A DNA stretch of 61,738 nt, from positions 1-61,738 of the IMG/VR virus record IMGVR_UViG_3300033144_001147, one strand, 5' to 3'. Numbering within the stretch: the stretch's first letter is position 1; the number at the start of each line of letters is the position of its first letter. The notes under the pieces were generated by a model. The model was not told the DNA's origin. It made no database searches and worked only from the letters and a program-made list of their open reading frames with translations. This DNA is from a virus. Lineage: Duplodnaviria > Caudoviricetes. Shown here piece by piece: positions 29,684 through 37,971 of the stretch. The position numbers and the translations under genes were made by a program.

Positions 29684-30438
29684 TATGGTACATCTGTTGT
29701 AATATCAGAACTTACTTGATTAACCATTGATAAATCTAAACTTCCTTTAGCGTCAACAATAGTAGCGTAAGAAGCTGTTCCATCCGGATCCCCCATTCTC
29801 CACCAGTGTTGTAGATTCCCCGAAGCAGCTACTGTATTTAAATCTACACCTGCGCCCCCATTATATATTTCTAAACACTCGGCATCAGTTAAATATTTAT
29901 TCCAGACAGCAAACTCATCTATCCATCCTTCAAATCCATAAGACCCTGAATTTCTTCCTATATAGGTAGCTCCTGTTTCGTCAAAAGTAGTTGTAATAGT
30001 CTGGTTTTTATTATTAATAGTAGAACCGTCAAGTACATACCCTACATTTTGGGTTGTTCCTGCTGTGTCTGCTCTATATATAACGTGGTACCAAGTTCCT
30101 GCGCTGGCTCCCCAAGCAAATCCGTCAGACCATGGGCCTCCGAATTGTAGGTTCCCCGAAGAAGTTATGTACATTTGAGTCTGAAGAGTTCCTCCAGCTC
30201 CAAAACTAAAAAGTCTTTGATTTGCAAAAGTAACCATAGTATCAACTTTTATCCAAAAAGAAACACTCCAATTACCTGTACCCAGGGTTCCCAACAAAGG
30301 AGCTTTAATTGTGTTTTGAAGTCTTTGGTCAACCCCGTTAAATTTTACTGAATAAAGATTAGAAAATGGACGTGGTGTGTAGGGTGTGCTATTGTCTAAC
30401 CATAGATTTGCATTTCCGTTTCCGTTAACAATTGCCAT
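29683..30438 (-). CDS. LamG/concanavalin A-like domain virion protein, 251 aa
   Basis: SVKFNGVDQ, WSVSFWIK, TWYHV, FEGWIDEFAVWNKYLT, HWWRMGD. Confidence 0.85.
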   Translation of the reverse strand: MAIVNGNGNANLWLDNSTPYTPRPFSNLYSVKFNGVDQRLQNTIKAPLLGTLGTGNWSVSFWIKVDTMVTFANQRLFSFGAGGTLQTQMYITSSGNLQFGGPWSDGFAWGASAGTWYHVIYRADTAGTTQNVGYVLDGSTINNKNQTITTTFDETGATYIGRNSGSYGFEGWIDEFAVWNKYLTDAECLEIYNGGAGVDLNTVAASGNLQHWWRMGDPDGTASYATIVDAKGSLDLSMVNQVSSDITTDVP

Positions 30439-30439
30439 A

Positions 30440-30985
30440 TTACCACATTGCTATAATATCCGTAGCTGTAGTATCCCCCACATATACTTGAATTACTTGA
30501 ATAGGCATAAATGACCCATTCGCTATATTTTTATAAATCTGTGTTGTATTAGCAGGAGTATTAGCGGCATTTACATTTCCTCCTTGTTCTGCCATTTTTA
30601 CATGTATATCTCCACCAGTACCTACAAACAAAGTACATCCTATTGTTGGTTTTTCGTATATAGTAATAAAATCTGAAACACCACCACCTACAGCTGCAGA
30701 AACAGTAATTTGAGTGTCGCTATCTACCGAAACTACATAATAACATTCTGAAGCTGTTCCATTATAAACAATCATACCTTGCTTTATATTCATTTCAGTG
30801 AACTTAGTGTTAGTTCCTGTTAAAACACTTGCTGCATTTGCCGCTACTTGAAACATGGTTACTCCATCTGTTGCTTCTACTGTAGTGCTAATTAAGTTAA
30901 TTGCTGAAGTTGGATCAGGTATTCTTACCGTATTACTTGGTATAATTTTTAACGCTTCTCTTGATTGTAATTTTTGATATGCCAT
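30440..30985 (-). CDS. Virion protein (spike-base-like) with inserted beta module, 181 aa
   Basis: LFVGTGGDIHV...GSFMPIQVIQVY...TTATDIIAMW. Confidence 0.6.
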   Translation of the reverse strand: MAYQKLQSREALKIIPSNTVRIPDPTSAINLISTTVEATDGVTMFQVAANAASVLTGTNTKFTEMNIKQGMIVYNGTASECYYVVSVDSDTQITVSAAVGGGVSDFITIYEKPTIGCTLFVGTGGDIHVKMAEQGGNVNAANTPANTTQIYKNIANGSFMPIQVIQVYVGDTTATDIIAMW

Positions 30986-30996
30986 TTTTTTTCTTT

Positions 30997-31188
30997 TTAT
31001 TTATTGTAAGGAAAAGCTCGGTTTAAAGCATCTCGTCTTTTTCCGCAACCACAATCCTTACCTGTTTTTTTTGCTACTGTGTCTACTACTTTTTTTATTC
31101 CCGTTGCCTGTGTAAATTTTTGTATAGTATCTCCAAAGCCTCGAGATTTTTTCATATTTGGAATATCTTCAATTTTAGTTCTGCGCAT
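30997..31188 (-). CDS. Small basic protein, 63 aa
   Basis: SRGFGDTIQKFTQATGIK...DCGCGKRRDALN. Confidence 0.75.
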   Translation of the reverse strand: MRRTKIEDIPNMKKSRGFGDTIQKFTQATGIKKVVDTVAKKTGKDCGCGKRRDALNRAFPYNK

Positions 31189-31190
31189 AC

Positions 31191-31331
31191 TTATTTCTTA
31201 CAAGTACAGAGCTTGTTAGGACAAGACTCTACATTAAACATTATTTTTGAAATTAACCAATTCCATTTACACTGGAATTTACACCACAGGTTAGAGATTG
31301 ACTCTCCTAACCAAATTAATAATTTACCCAT
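31191..31331 (-). CDS. Cys/Trp-rich 46-aa protein (not on ORF track)
   Basis: MGKLLIWLGESISNLWCKFQCKWNWLISKIMFNVESCPNKLCTCKK fills the gap exactly. Confidence 0.7.
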   Translation of the reverse strand: MGKLLIWLGESISNLWCKFQCKWNWLISKIMFNVESCPNKLCTCKK

Positions 31332-31333
31332 CT

Positions 31334-31540
31334 TTATTTATTTTTACACCCAAAGTTGTTAGCGTAGTTAGCCATTTTTACTACTTTTTCAGAATACTTG
31401 TCAGTCTTCTTCATTACAGCAGTAGCGGCACTACACGCATCTTTGAATCCGTTATTTTTAGCCCACTTAGTAAAAGCTCCCTGACGAGATTCTTTTATTT
31501 CTGGAAAGGCTCCTTTTTTAGTTCTTCCCTTAGTAGCCAT
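31334..31540 (-). CDS. Small basic protein, 68 aa
   Basis: GAFTKWAK...KMANYANN; operon-packed. Confidence 0.7.
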   Translation of the reverse strand: MATKGRTKKGAFPEIKESRQGAFTKWAKNNGFKDACSAATAVMKKTDKYSEKVVKMANYANNFGCKNK

Positions 31541-31542
31541 AA

Positions 31543-31752
31543 TTATTTTCTAATTGCTGATCCGATTTTTTTCTTCACATTATTAATACACTCATAAGAC
31601 ATATTGTGATCTCCACCATACGCATGACCGTAATCTTTTTTAGACATAGCTTTTGACTCGTCTCTTCTTGATTTCATAGATTGTGAATGTTTTCCTTTAT
31701 GCTTTGCGCCTAAAGACTCATCTAATCTTGAATTGTAACCTTGCTTTTTCAT
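31543..31752 (-). CDS. Small basic protein, 69 aa
   Basis: QGYNSRLDESLG...QSMKSRRDESK; -7 element at 31776-31783. Confidence 0.7.
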   Translation of the reverse strand: MKKQGYNSRLDESLGAKHKGKHSQSMKSRRDESKAMSKKDYGHAYGGDHNMSYECINNVKKKIGSAIRK

Positions 31753-31804
31753 AATTTATAATTTTTAATATTTTACAAAGATAGTAATATTTATTTATAT
31801 CTGT

Positions 31805-32533
31805 TTAGTACGATTTATCCTTCTGCCAAGAACTATCCCATCTTTTGATACCCGTTAAAGCTTGAGAACGTTTTTTTCTTCCTGCTCTTTTTTTAGCTCT
31901 CCTAATGTCTTTATTCATTTTAGTTTTACCAGTAGCTCTATCCTCTCGCTTTTTCCCACGAGTATTTTCTCTTTCTATACGATTAGACGTTCTCTTCTTT
32001 CTTGTTTCGTTTTGTCTGGTCTCCCTGTCTTTTCTTTTAGCCTCTTTAGTTTTTAATCGAGATTTAGTTTTGGTTTCTTTATTCTTTATCTTATCTAACT
32101 TAGATTTTAATCTCGCCAGTTTTTTATCTCTCTTTTCCTTAGTAAGCTCAGTATTAGCCTGTACTTCTTTTATTTTTGCTTTAGTCTCTCGAGTACTCTC
32201 TATAGACTTAGTGCTGGCTTTCTGTCTTTTAGAAGCAAGGTCTCCTTGTTTTTTTATAGACCTTTTATCCGCATCAATATTTTTTTGCAGAGATTTCTTA
32301 CGAATCTTCTCTTTCTTCTCTTTTTGCTTTTCCTTACTTCTTCTTACTTTGTCTTTAGCAGTGTGAGTAGATGCTTTTTGTTTCTGCTTTAATTTAGCCT
32401 CTTCAATCTTACGGTCTCTTCTTTCGTCCGCTTCTTTTCTTTTCTTAGCGTCAGCCTCTTTTTTAATAGTAGACTTAGATTTTACCGTACTCTTTTTAGA
32501 AACATTAGCTCTATGAAATGGTTTATGTGGCAT
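31805..32533 (-). CDS. Extremely Lys/Arg-rich protein, 242 aa
   Basis: Low-complexity basic ORF. Confidence 0.7.
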   Translation of the reverse strand: MPHKPFHRANVSKKSTVKSKSTIKKEADAKKRKEADERRDRKIEEAKLKQKQKASTHTAKDKVRRSKEKQKEKKEKIRKKSLQKNIDADKRSIKKQGDLASKRQKASTKSIESTRETKAKIKEVQANTELTKEKRDKKLARLKSKLDKIKNKETKTKSRLKTKEAKRKDRETRQNETRKKRTSNRIERENTRGKKREDRATGKTKMNKDIRRAKKRAGRKKRSQALTGIKRWDSSWQKDKSY

Positions 32534-32538
32534 AGTCT

Positions 32539-33123
32539 TTATGGTTTGTCAAAAATAGAAGGAGACATTGGATTGCTCAAATCTCTTTTTAAACGTTTTG
32601 TTACTTTCTTCATCATCTTCTTCACTCCTTCAGAATCTTTCTTTTTACGCGGTGGTCTTGGAGGAAGTCCTGGATTTATTTTTTTTGTAACCTTTTTCTT
32701 CTTAGTCCCGTCTGGACCAACGTTCTTTCTCTTTATGTCAAAATGCTTCTTAAGCCTCTTCTCAATATCCTTTTTCCTATCTTCAGTTTTTGGTTTTGTT
32801 GGTCTTTTTGGTTTTGTTGGTTTTTTTGTTTCTTTTTTCTTTCTTATTACCTTATTTAACCTTTCCATATCTTCTCTATACTTATTTCTTCTCTCCTTAT
32901 CCTTACCTCTCTTTCTATCCTCTTGAGCTTTAGGATTGGCATTAATTTTTTTCTGGATTCTTTTCTTCTTTTTCTCCTGAATCTTTGTTCTTAACTTTCT
33001 TAAAGGCTTTATCTTGCCATCTGTATCTTTTAGCTTTTTAAGTCTTTCATTAGTCTTAGTTCTTTTCTTAACTAATTTGTTAAGCTTTTCTCTGTCTGTT
33101 TTTTTCTTTTTAGGATCTGGCAT
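32539..33123 (-). CDS. Extremely Lys/Arg-rich protein, 194 aa
   Basis: Low-complexity basic ORF with KPTKPK repeats. Confidence 0.7.
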   Translation of the reverse strand: MPDPKKKKTDREKLNKLVKKRTKTNERLKKLKDTDGKIKPLRKLRTKIQEKKKKRIQKKINANPKAQEDRKRGKDKERRNKYREDMERLNKVIRKKKETKKPTKPKRPTKPKTEDRKKDIEKRLKKHFDIKRKNVGPDGTKKKKVTKKINPGLPPRPPRKKKDSEGVKKMMKKVTKRLKRDLSNPMSPSIFDKP

Positions 33124-33160
33124 GATTTTATGATTTTATAATTTATCGTTATTATTTTAA

Positions 33161-33182
33161 TACCTTTGTGACTGCAAAGATA
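33161..33182. promoter_or_regulatory. Face-to-face -7 promoter pair
   Basis: TACCTTTG (+, 33161-33168) and TATCTTTG (-, 33175-33182). Confidence 0.6.
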
Positions 33183-33195
33183 CAAATTTAATTTA

Positions 33196-33666
33196 ATGTC
33201 AAATATAATAAGAAAGAACTACGATAGAGTTCAGCCCTCACACGATTACATGAAGTATTGGAGGGTGATAAGGTATTGGGCTAAAGCCAAATACAAAGTC
33301 GGAACTCCCGATATAGATATGCTATTTTTCCTTTATAGCGAACAAATATTTAACAAAACAAAGTTTAAAGACTTCGAAGAGTGTATGTCTTGGGACGAAC
33401 CGAGGTTCTATAGACTACTTAAACAGGGATGGATTCATGTTTGGAGAAAAAGACAAGGTAAAGAAACAACGCTTTATGAGTTATCTTATAAAGGTAAACG
33501 TATGATTAACACTCTATATAAGAAATTAAATGGAGAAGAAATAGGGGAAAGCCCTCAAGCCAATCCTTTATTTAGACACGATGCCTCTTATATGGATAAG
33601 ATTTATCGTAATATGATTATAGAAATGAATAACTTTATAAAACAACAACGACATCTCTCTCAGTAA
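33196..33666 (+). CDS. Winged-helix (MarR-like) DNA-binding protein, 156 aa
   Basis: DIDMLFFLY...RLLKQGWIHVWRKRQGKETTLYELSYKGK; lone plus-strand gene in the late arm. Confidence 0.6.
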   Translation: MSNIIRKNYDRVQPSHDYMKYWRVIRYWAKAKYKVGTPDIDMLFFLYSEQIFNKTKFKDFEECMSWDEPRFYRLLKQGWIHVWRKRQGKETTLYELSYKGKRMINTLYKKLNGEEIGESPQANPLFRHDASYMDKIYRNMIIEMNNFIKQQRHLSQ

Positions 33667-33892
33667 TAATCGTATATGGATTATCTTCAATAAGCATTTG
33701 ATGTCCAGCCGCTCCGTCATAATAAACTATGTCTCCTTTCTTTATGACATTAACATCAGTTCCTTCTTTTATTACTTCTCCTTTTTTGTATCTAAAGTCA
33801 GACGCATCTTGAGCAGAAAGTAAAAGTCCTGATTCTGTTTTTAATTCTTCTTTTATCGATTTAATTATAATATACTTACCTATTGGTTTCAT
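33635..33892 (-). CDS. groES: Co-chaperonin GroES, 85 aa
   Basis: MKPIGKYIII...KTESGLLL...GEVIKEG...KKGDIVYY...IITERDVV. Confidence 0.9.
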   Translation of the reverse strand: MKPIGKYIIIKSIKEELKTESGLLLSAQDASDFRYKKGEVIKEGTDVNVIKKGDIVYYDGAAGHQMLIEDNPYTIITERDVVVVL

Positions 33893-34175
33893 ATCTTTTT
33901 ATTTTAAATTTTAATACATTACATTTCGGGTACAAATACTGAAGAATCTTAAGTCTATGATTTCCTTGAACCACCCAATACTTTCCTTCTTTCTTAGTAA
34001 CCTCTATTAATTCTTTTAATCCGTTATTATCTATATCGTGCAAAAGCCCAGTCCAATCATAACCTCTATCATTAGTTATTAACTGATGTATAGTGTAATT
34101 AGTAAAGTCTCCATTAATATCACAAAGTCTAATATACTCTGTAGTATACTGACTTTTATAATATTTTTTACTCAT
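33876..34175 (-). CDS. ParB/Srx-like N-terminal domain protein, 99 aa
   Basis: DIDNNGLKELIEV...YWVVQGNHRLKIL (GxxR box). Confidence 0.65.
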   Translation of the reverse strand: MSKKYYKSQYTTEYIRLCDINGDFTNYTIHQLITNDRGYDWTGLLHDIDNNGLKELIEVTKKEGKYWVVQGNHRLKILQYLYPKCNVLKFKIKRYETNR

Positions 34176-35790
34176 CCTTATTTATTCTCGCGTGAGTAAT
34201 TATAGCGTTAGTAGTTAATATGGTAGTAGCTACACTAATAGCGTTAGACAATGCTTGAGTGGTTACTCTTGCTGGATCAATAACCCCCATATCAAACATA
34301 TTTCCATACTCTCCTGTTACCACGTTATATCCTATATTCTTTTTTTGTTTAGTAGTAAGGCCTCCTTCTGGAAGATTAGGAATAAACCCTGGCTTATCAT
34401 ATATATCTTTTTTATCTAATCCTGCATTTTTTAGAATTTGACGTAAAGGAGCTTCTAAAGCTTCTTTTAATATTTTATGAGAAGTCTTTTTGCCATTATA
34501 AGTTTGAGCTATATTGTATAATAACAACCCTCCTCCTGGCACAATTCCTTCTTGAAGGGCACTGCGCACCGCGCATACCGAGTCATCGACTCGGTCAAAT
34601 TTTTCTTTTTGTTCTATGTCAGATGTAGCACCTACATGTATACATCCTATCCCTCCAACTAAAGAAGCTATTCTTTCATTAATAAAATCCTTCTCATGTT
34701 TAGCTGTTAATCTTTCTTGTTGGTCTCTTAATTCTTCTACTCTATCAATAGTCTCATTAGTAATCTCTCCGTCTTTAATAATGATAGTAGAGTCTTTACC
34801 TACTATAATCTTATCTGCATGCCCTAAGTCTTCCATTCTAATTAGAGATAAATCATCTCCTGTTTTTTCAGAAAAGTATTTAGCTCCTACAGAAAATGCT
34901 ATGTCTTGCATTAACTCGTGAGTTTTATATCCAAATGACGGAGGTTGTATATTACAAAACTTTAATCCATTTCTTTGAACATTGGCTGCCATTGTATTAA
35001 TAACATTCTGTCCGCAATCTCCAATAATTAAAAGCTTGTCTCCCGCATTAATAATAGGTTTTAATATATTCTCAATTTGTAATATGTTACTAATCTCTGA
35101 ATCACATATAAGAATCTTCACTCCTTCATATACACACTCGTCTTTTCTTTGGTCATTAATAAACATAGGAGAAGTCCATCCTCTATCTACTTTAATACCA
35201 TTAGTTACTTCAGCAAAAGTCTTATCTGTTTGAGATCGCTCTACAGTTACTATCCCATCTTTACCAACTTCTTTATATGCTTTAGCTATAATCTCACCAA
35301 TCTCTTTATCATTATTCGCAGAGATGGTTGCTATATCTTCTAACATATTCTCAGTAACCTCAACAGCCTCTGTCTTTATTTTATTATCTATTATCTCTCC
35401 TTGAACTCTGAGCTCTCTAATTATTTTAATTTTATTATCTCCTTCTTTTATATGTTTCTGACCAGCCTTCACTAAAGCTTCAGTTAATACAATAGCAGTA
35501 GTTGTTCCATCACCAGCGGTATTAGCTGTTTTTTCAGAAGCTTGTTTCATCATTCTAACCGCAAGGTTTTCGATTGGGTCAATAAGAGATATTGATTTAG
35601 CTACAGTTACTCCATCTTTAGTAACGGTTAATCCTTGAGTATGTTCTGTTGATTCTATCAATACAGTTTGCCCTTGAGGGCCAAGAGTTGATTTAACTGC
35701 ATTAGATATTTTAGAGATTCCCGAGGTAAGCTTTGTTCTTGCGTCTTCATTAAACGCTAAGTCTTTTGGAATGTATCCAGAGTCTTTCAT
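34168..35790 (-). CDS. groEL: Chaperonin GroEL, 540 aa
   Basis: TLGPQG, VTKDGVTVAKSI, AGDGTTTA, EGIVPGGG, GVIDPARVT. Confidence 0.97.
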   Translation of the reverse strand: MKDSGYIPKDLAFNEDARTKLTSGISKISNAVKSTLGPQGQTVLIESTEHTQGLTVTKDGVTVAKSISLIDPIENLAVRMMKQASEKTANTAGDGTTTAIVLTEALVKAGQKHIKEGDNKIKIIRELRVQGEIIDNKIKTEAVEVTENMLEDIATISANNDKEIGEIIAKAYKEVGKDGIVTVERSQTDKTFAEVTNGIKVDRGWTSPMFINDQRKDECVYEGVKILICDSEISNILQIENILKPIINAGDKLLIIGDCGQNVINTMAANVQRNGLKFCNIQPPSFGYKTHELMQDIAFSVGAKYFSEKTGDDLSLIRMEDLGHADKIIVGKDSTIIIKDGEITNETIDRVEELRDQQERLTAKHEKDFINERIASLVGGIGCIHVGATSDIEQKEKFDRVDDSVCAVRSALQEGIVPGGGLLLYNIAQTYNGKKTSHKILKEALEAPLRQILKNAGLDKKDIYDKPGFIPNLPEGGLTTKQKKNIGYNVVTGEYGNMFDMGVIDPARVTTQALSNAISVATTILTTNAIITHARINKDE

Positions 35791-35821
35791 TGTGTTGTGA
35801 TTTAATTAAATTTAATTTGTG

Positions 35822-35829
35822 CAAAGATA
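35822..35829 (-). promoter_or_regulatory. -7 element of the groEL operon
   Basis: TATCTTTG. Confidence 0.65.
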
Positions 35830-35848
35830 TAAAAATAATAATTACAAT

Positions 35849-36040
35849 TGTGACGGTATGTCGAAATAAATTTTCTATATTGTATATATATATAACTCTC
35901 CTATCTCTATATATATTTTTATATATTTTGTATTTCAAATCGACATATCGACATAAATAAATATAATAGATTGAAAATCAATAAGTTAGTTTGTGTCGTT
36001 TTTTTTTACAAAGTGGAATCTTGTGTCGATGTTTGACATA
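35849..36040. repeat. Iteron-like element A (TGTCGA/TCGACA repeats around an AT-rich core)
   Basis: TATGTCGAAATA, 71-nt AT-rich spacer, TCGACATATCGACA, AATCAATAAGTTA, further TGTGTCG copies. Confidence 0.7.
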
Positions 36041-36045
36041 GATAT

Positions 36046-36082
36046 AAAAAAAAGAGGCAGACTGAATGTCTTACCTCCTTTT
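36046..36082 (-). terminator. Intrinsic terminator
   Basis: Imperfect GAGG-AGAC/GTCT-CCTC stem with flanking A8 and T4. Confidence 0.55.
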
Positions 36083-36106
36083 CACAACAGAACAAATGGG
36101 ATTCTT

Positions 36107-36325
36107 TTAGAACTCTAACTCTCTCCAGTTCTTTTTATCTTCAGCTAATTCTATACCTTCAGCTATTCTATTTATTTTTCTATCGTTTGTTACTGCTCTT
36201 TTGATACGCGCGGCTTTTGCTATACCGGTTTCTCCATCTCTTCTTTCGTTCATTAGTCTTCCGTCTTTAACATAAAGTCCGTCAACGTTGTCAGATCCAA
36301 TAAAAGGGTTTGTCATTTTTTTCAT
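36107..36325 (-). CDS. Hypothetical protein, 72 aa (first gene of the minus-strand arm)
   Basis: Own -7 element at 36341-36348. Confidence 0.7.
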   Translation of the reverse strand: MKKMTNPFIGSDNVDGLYVKDGRLMNERRDGETGIAKAARIKRAVTNDRKINRIAEGIELAEDKKNWRELEF

Positions 36326-36431
36326 AGTTCTAATTTTTTACAAAGATATAAAATTTTTTTAGATGTCTGGGGGTTGAGGGTTATTATAGGTGATACGATG
36401 GAAGTCCGGTATAGAAAAGTGATTTGTTTTT

Positions 36432-36612
36432 TGGGGGTGGGGGTGTTGTTTTCAAAATTTCCAGTCCGATTTTTTGGGGTTTTTCTGGTGGTGGTTGGTT
36501 GTGTGTGTGTGTGTCTGGTTGTGGTGGTGGTTGTGGTGGTGGTTGTTCCTCTGTCTGTCTGTCTGTCTGTCTGTTTCTCTGTCCGTCCGTCCTCCTTCCC
36601 TCGTTCCGTTCG
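36432..36612. repeat. Strand-skewed simple-repeat tract at the transcription divergence point
   Basis: GGGGGT x2, (GGT)n, (GT)n, (CTGT)n, (GTCC)n; no A on the + strand from about 36470 to 36612. Confidence 0.85.
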
Positions 36613-36841
36613 AAGATCTTAAATAATATGTATATAAATACATTAAATTGTTAAACCTTCCCCCAATTAATCGACTAAATAAAACATTTAGACACTGAAA
36701 GAAAGGGAATAATACCCCCACGAACACACCGAAACACAAACAAAACACCAAGAAAACACAAATTTTTTTTCTCTCTAACTACCTGAACATCAACAACTTA
36801 AAAATTATTTTCACACTGGGACAAAAATAAAACAAAAATTG

Positions 36842-36874
36842 TTTGTTTATATTAAAATAAATATACTATCTTTG
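36842..36874 (+). promoter_or_regulatory. Early promoter 1
   Basis: TTTG-N21-TATCTTTG, the full Bacteroidota -33/-7 consensus. Confidence 0.8.
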
Positions 36875-36921
36875 AACAATAATTAAACAAATAATAATAA
36901 TAAATTAAAAAGTTTACAACT

Positions 36922-37227
36922 ATGAAAAATTCAGTAAGACAAGAACTAACCGAACACATTAACGATTTCCAAAGAGATGAACAAAATCATTTTACAATGT
37001 TTAACGAGGACTATTATATAATAGGATATTACCAGTCTGAACAATGGTTAAAACTTCATAACATTGGAGAACTGGAAGGAGTTAATATATGTAATGAGTA
37101 TGAGATGGAACATTTCGGAGAGATACAAACAACATTCGACAACACCGAAAAACTGGTAAATCATCTTGTTTACTGGTTCGGACAAGATCTTTGTAATGAG
37201 TTAAACATTCCATTTGATAGAGAATAA
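36922..37227 (+). CDS. First early gene, acidic; candidate Ocr-like anti-restriction DNA mimic, 101 aa
   Basis: Acidic helical protein (FNEDYYIIGYYQSEQWL...EYEMEHFGE...EKLVNHLVYWFG); function inferred. Confidence 0.5.
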   Translation: MKNSVRQELTEHINDFQRDEQNHFTMFNEDYYIIGYYQSEQWLKLHNIGELEGVNICNEYEMEHFGEIQTTFDNTEKLVNHLVYWFGQDLCNELNIPFDRE

Positions 37228-37229
37228 AA

Positions 37230-37283
37230 GTTAATCTGATGAGGACTAAATGTCCGAAACTGGAAGAAATTCCAGTCATTAAC
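37230..37283 (+). ncRNA. Hammerhead ribozyme, type I (HH1)
   Basis: GTTAAT-CTGATGA-GGAC taaat GTCC-GAAA-CTGGAA gaaa TTCCAG-TC-ATTAAC: full core, three perfect stems, GUC cleavage after 37277. Confidence 0.93.
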
Positions 37284-37308
37284 AAATAATTAAATAAATA
37301 AAAAAGTT

Positions 37309-37563
37309 ATGAAAAAATGTATTTTTATAGGTAGTCTTGTTTTCTTCTCTTCTTGTGGGATAGGACACCTAACAACCGAACAACGAGGGGAGATAAACAA
37401 GATAGACAAACAAATGGATGAGTTATGGATTAATTACTCTTACTCAATCGATAGTTTGTATATTAAAAGGGATAGTATCATAGAGAACAACGGAAAATTC
37501 AAAGAATGTTGTATAAAAACCTCTAATGATGTGTATAAACATGAAGGACTAACAATAGAATAA
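37309..37563 (+). CDS. Putative lipoprotein, 84 aa
   Basis: MKK-hydrophobic-FFSS|C signal peptidase II-type signal. Confidence 0.65.
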   Translation: MKKCIFIGSLVFFSSCGIGHLTTEQRGEINKIDKQMDELWINYSYSIDSLYIKRDSIIENNGKFKECCIKTSNDVYKHEGLTIE

Positions 37564-37565
37564 TT

Positions 37566-37841
37566 ATGAACTTACCTAAAATATCAAACATAATCGGACA
37601 CGGAGGAAACGAGGTAAAAAATCAGTTTATCATCCGAACTAAAGGAACAACAATTTTTCAGTCTTACGATAGTATTATTTGTATGATTAATCATAACACC
37701 GGAATAACTACACTGGACAAAAATTACTGGGACTACTCAACAACAACCGGAAAATATAGAAATATATTTTTAGGAGAGAGTAAACAAGATACGGAAAAGA
37801 AAATAAAATCAAAAGAGTATAAACTAAAAAACCTTAATTAA
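37566..37841 (+). CDS. Early hypothetical protein, 91 aa
   Basis: NQFII...FQSYDSII...WDYSTTTGKYRNIFLG. Confidence 0.8.
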   Translation: MNLPKISNIIGHGGNEVKNQFIIRTKGTTIFQSYDSIICMINHNTGITTLDKNYWDYSTTTGKYRNIFLGESKQDTEKKIKSKEYKLKNLN

Positions 37842-37842
37842 G

Positions 37843-37971
37843 ATGAACTACCAAGAAAATGAAATATCGTATTGTGTAAACTATAAAGGACAAAAAATAA
37901 AACCTTATAGGAGTTTACCGACATTACCTAAACCGAGTTTAATTAGAAGAATAATAAACTTTTTTAAGTAA
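37843..37971 (+). CDS. Early hypothetical protein, 42 aa (not on track)
   Basis: MNYQENEISYCVNYKGQKIKPYRSLPTLPKPSLIRRIINFFK. Confidence 0.6.
   Translation: MNYQENEISYCVNYKGQKIKPYRSLPTLPKPSLIRRIINFFK

Noticed and set aside
31862-32926. Plus-strand hydrophobic ORFs 31862..32056, 31905..32366 and 32513..32926
   Set aside because: Antisense shadows of Lys/Arg-rich genes (F/L/S-rich by complementarity)
33876-34175. Plasmid-prophage partition system
   Set aside because: Only a short ParB-N-like domain; no ParA, HTH domain, integrase or repressor cassette
36432-36612. CRISPR array
   Set aside because: 2-4-nt tandem units with no repeat-spacer structure and no cas genes
36374-36751. ORFs 36374..36622, 36424..36654 and 36452..36751
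   Set aside because: Translations of the microsatellite tract (poly-V, GC-repeat peptide, poly-H)
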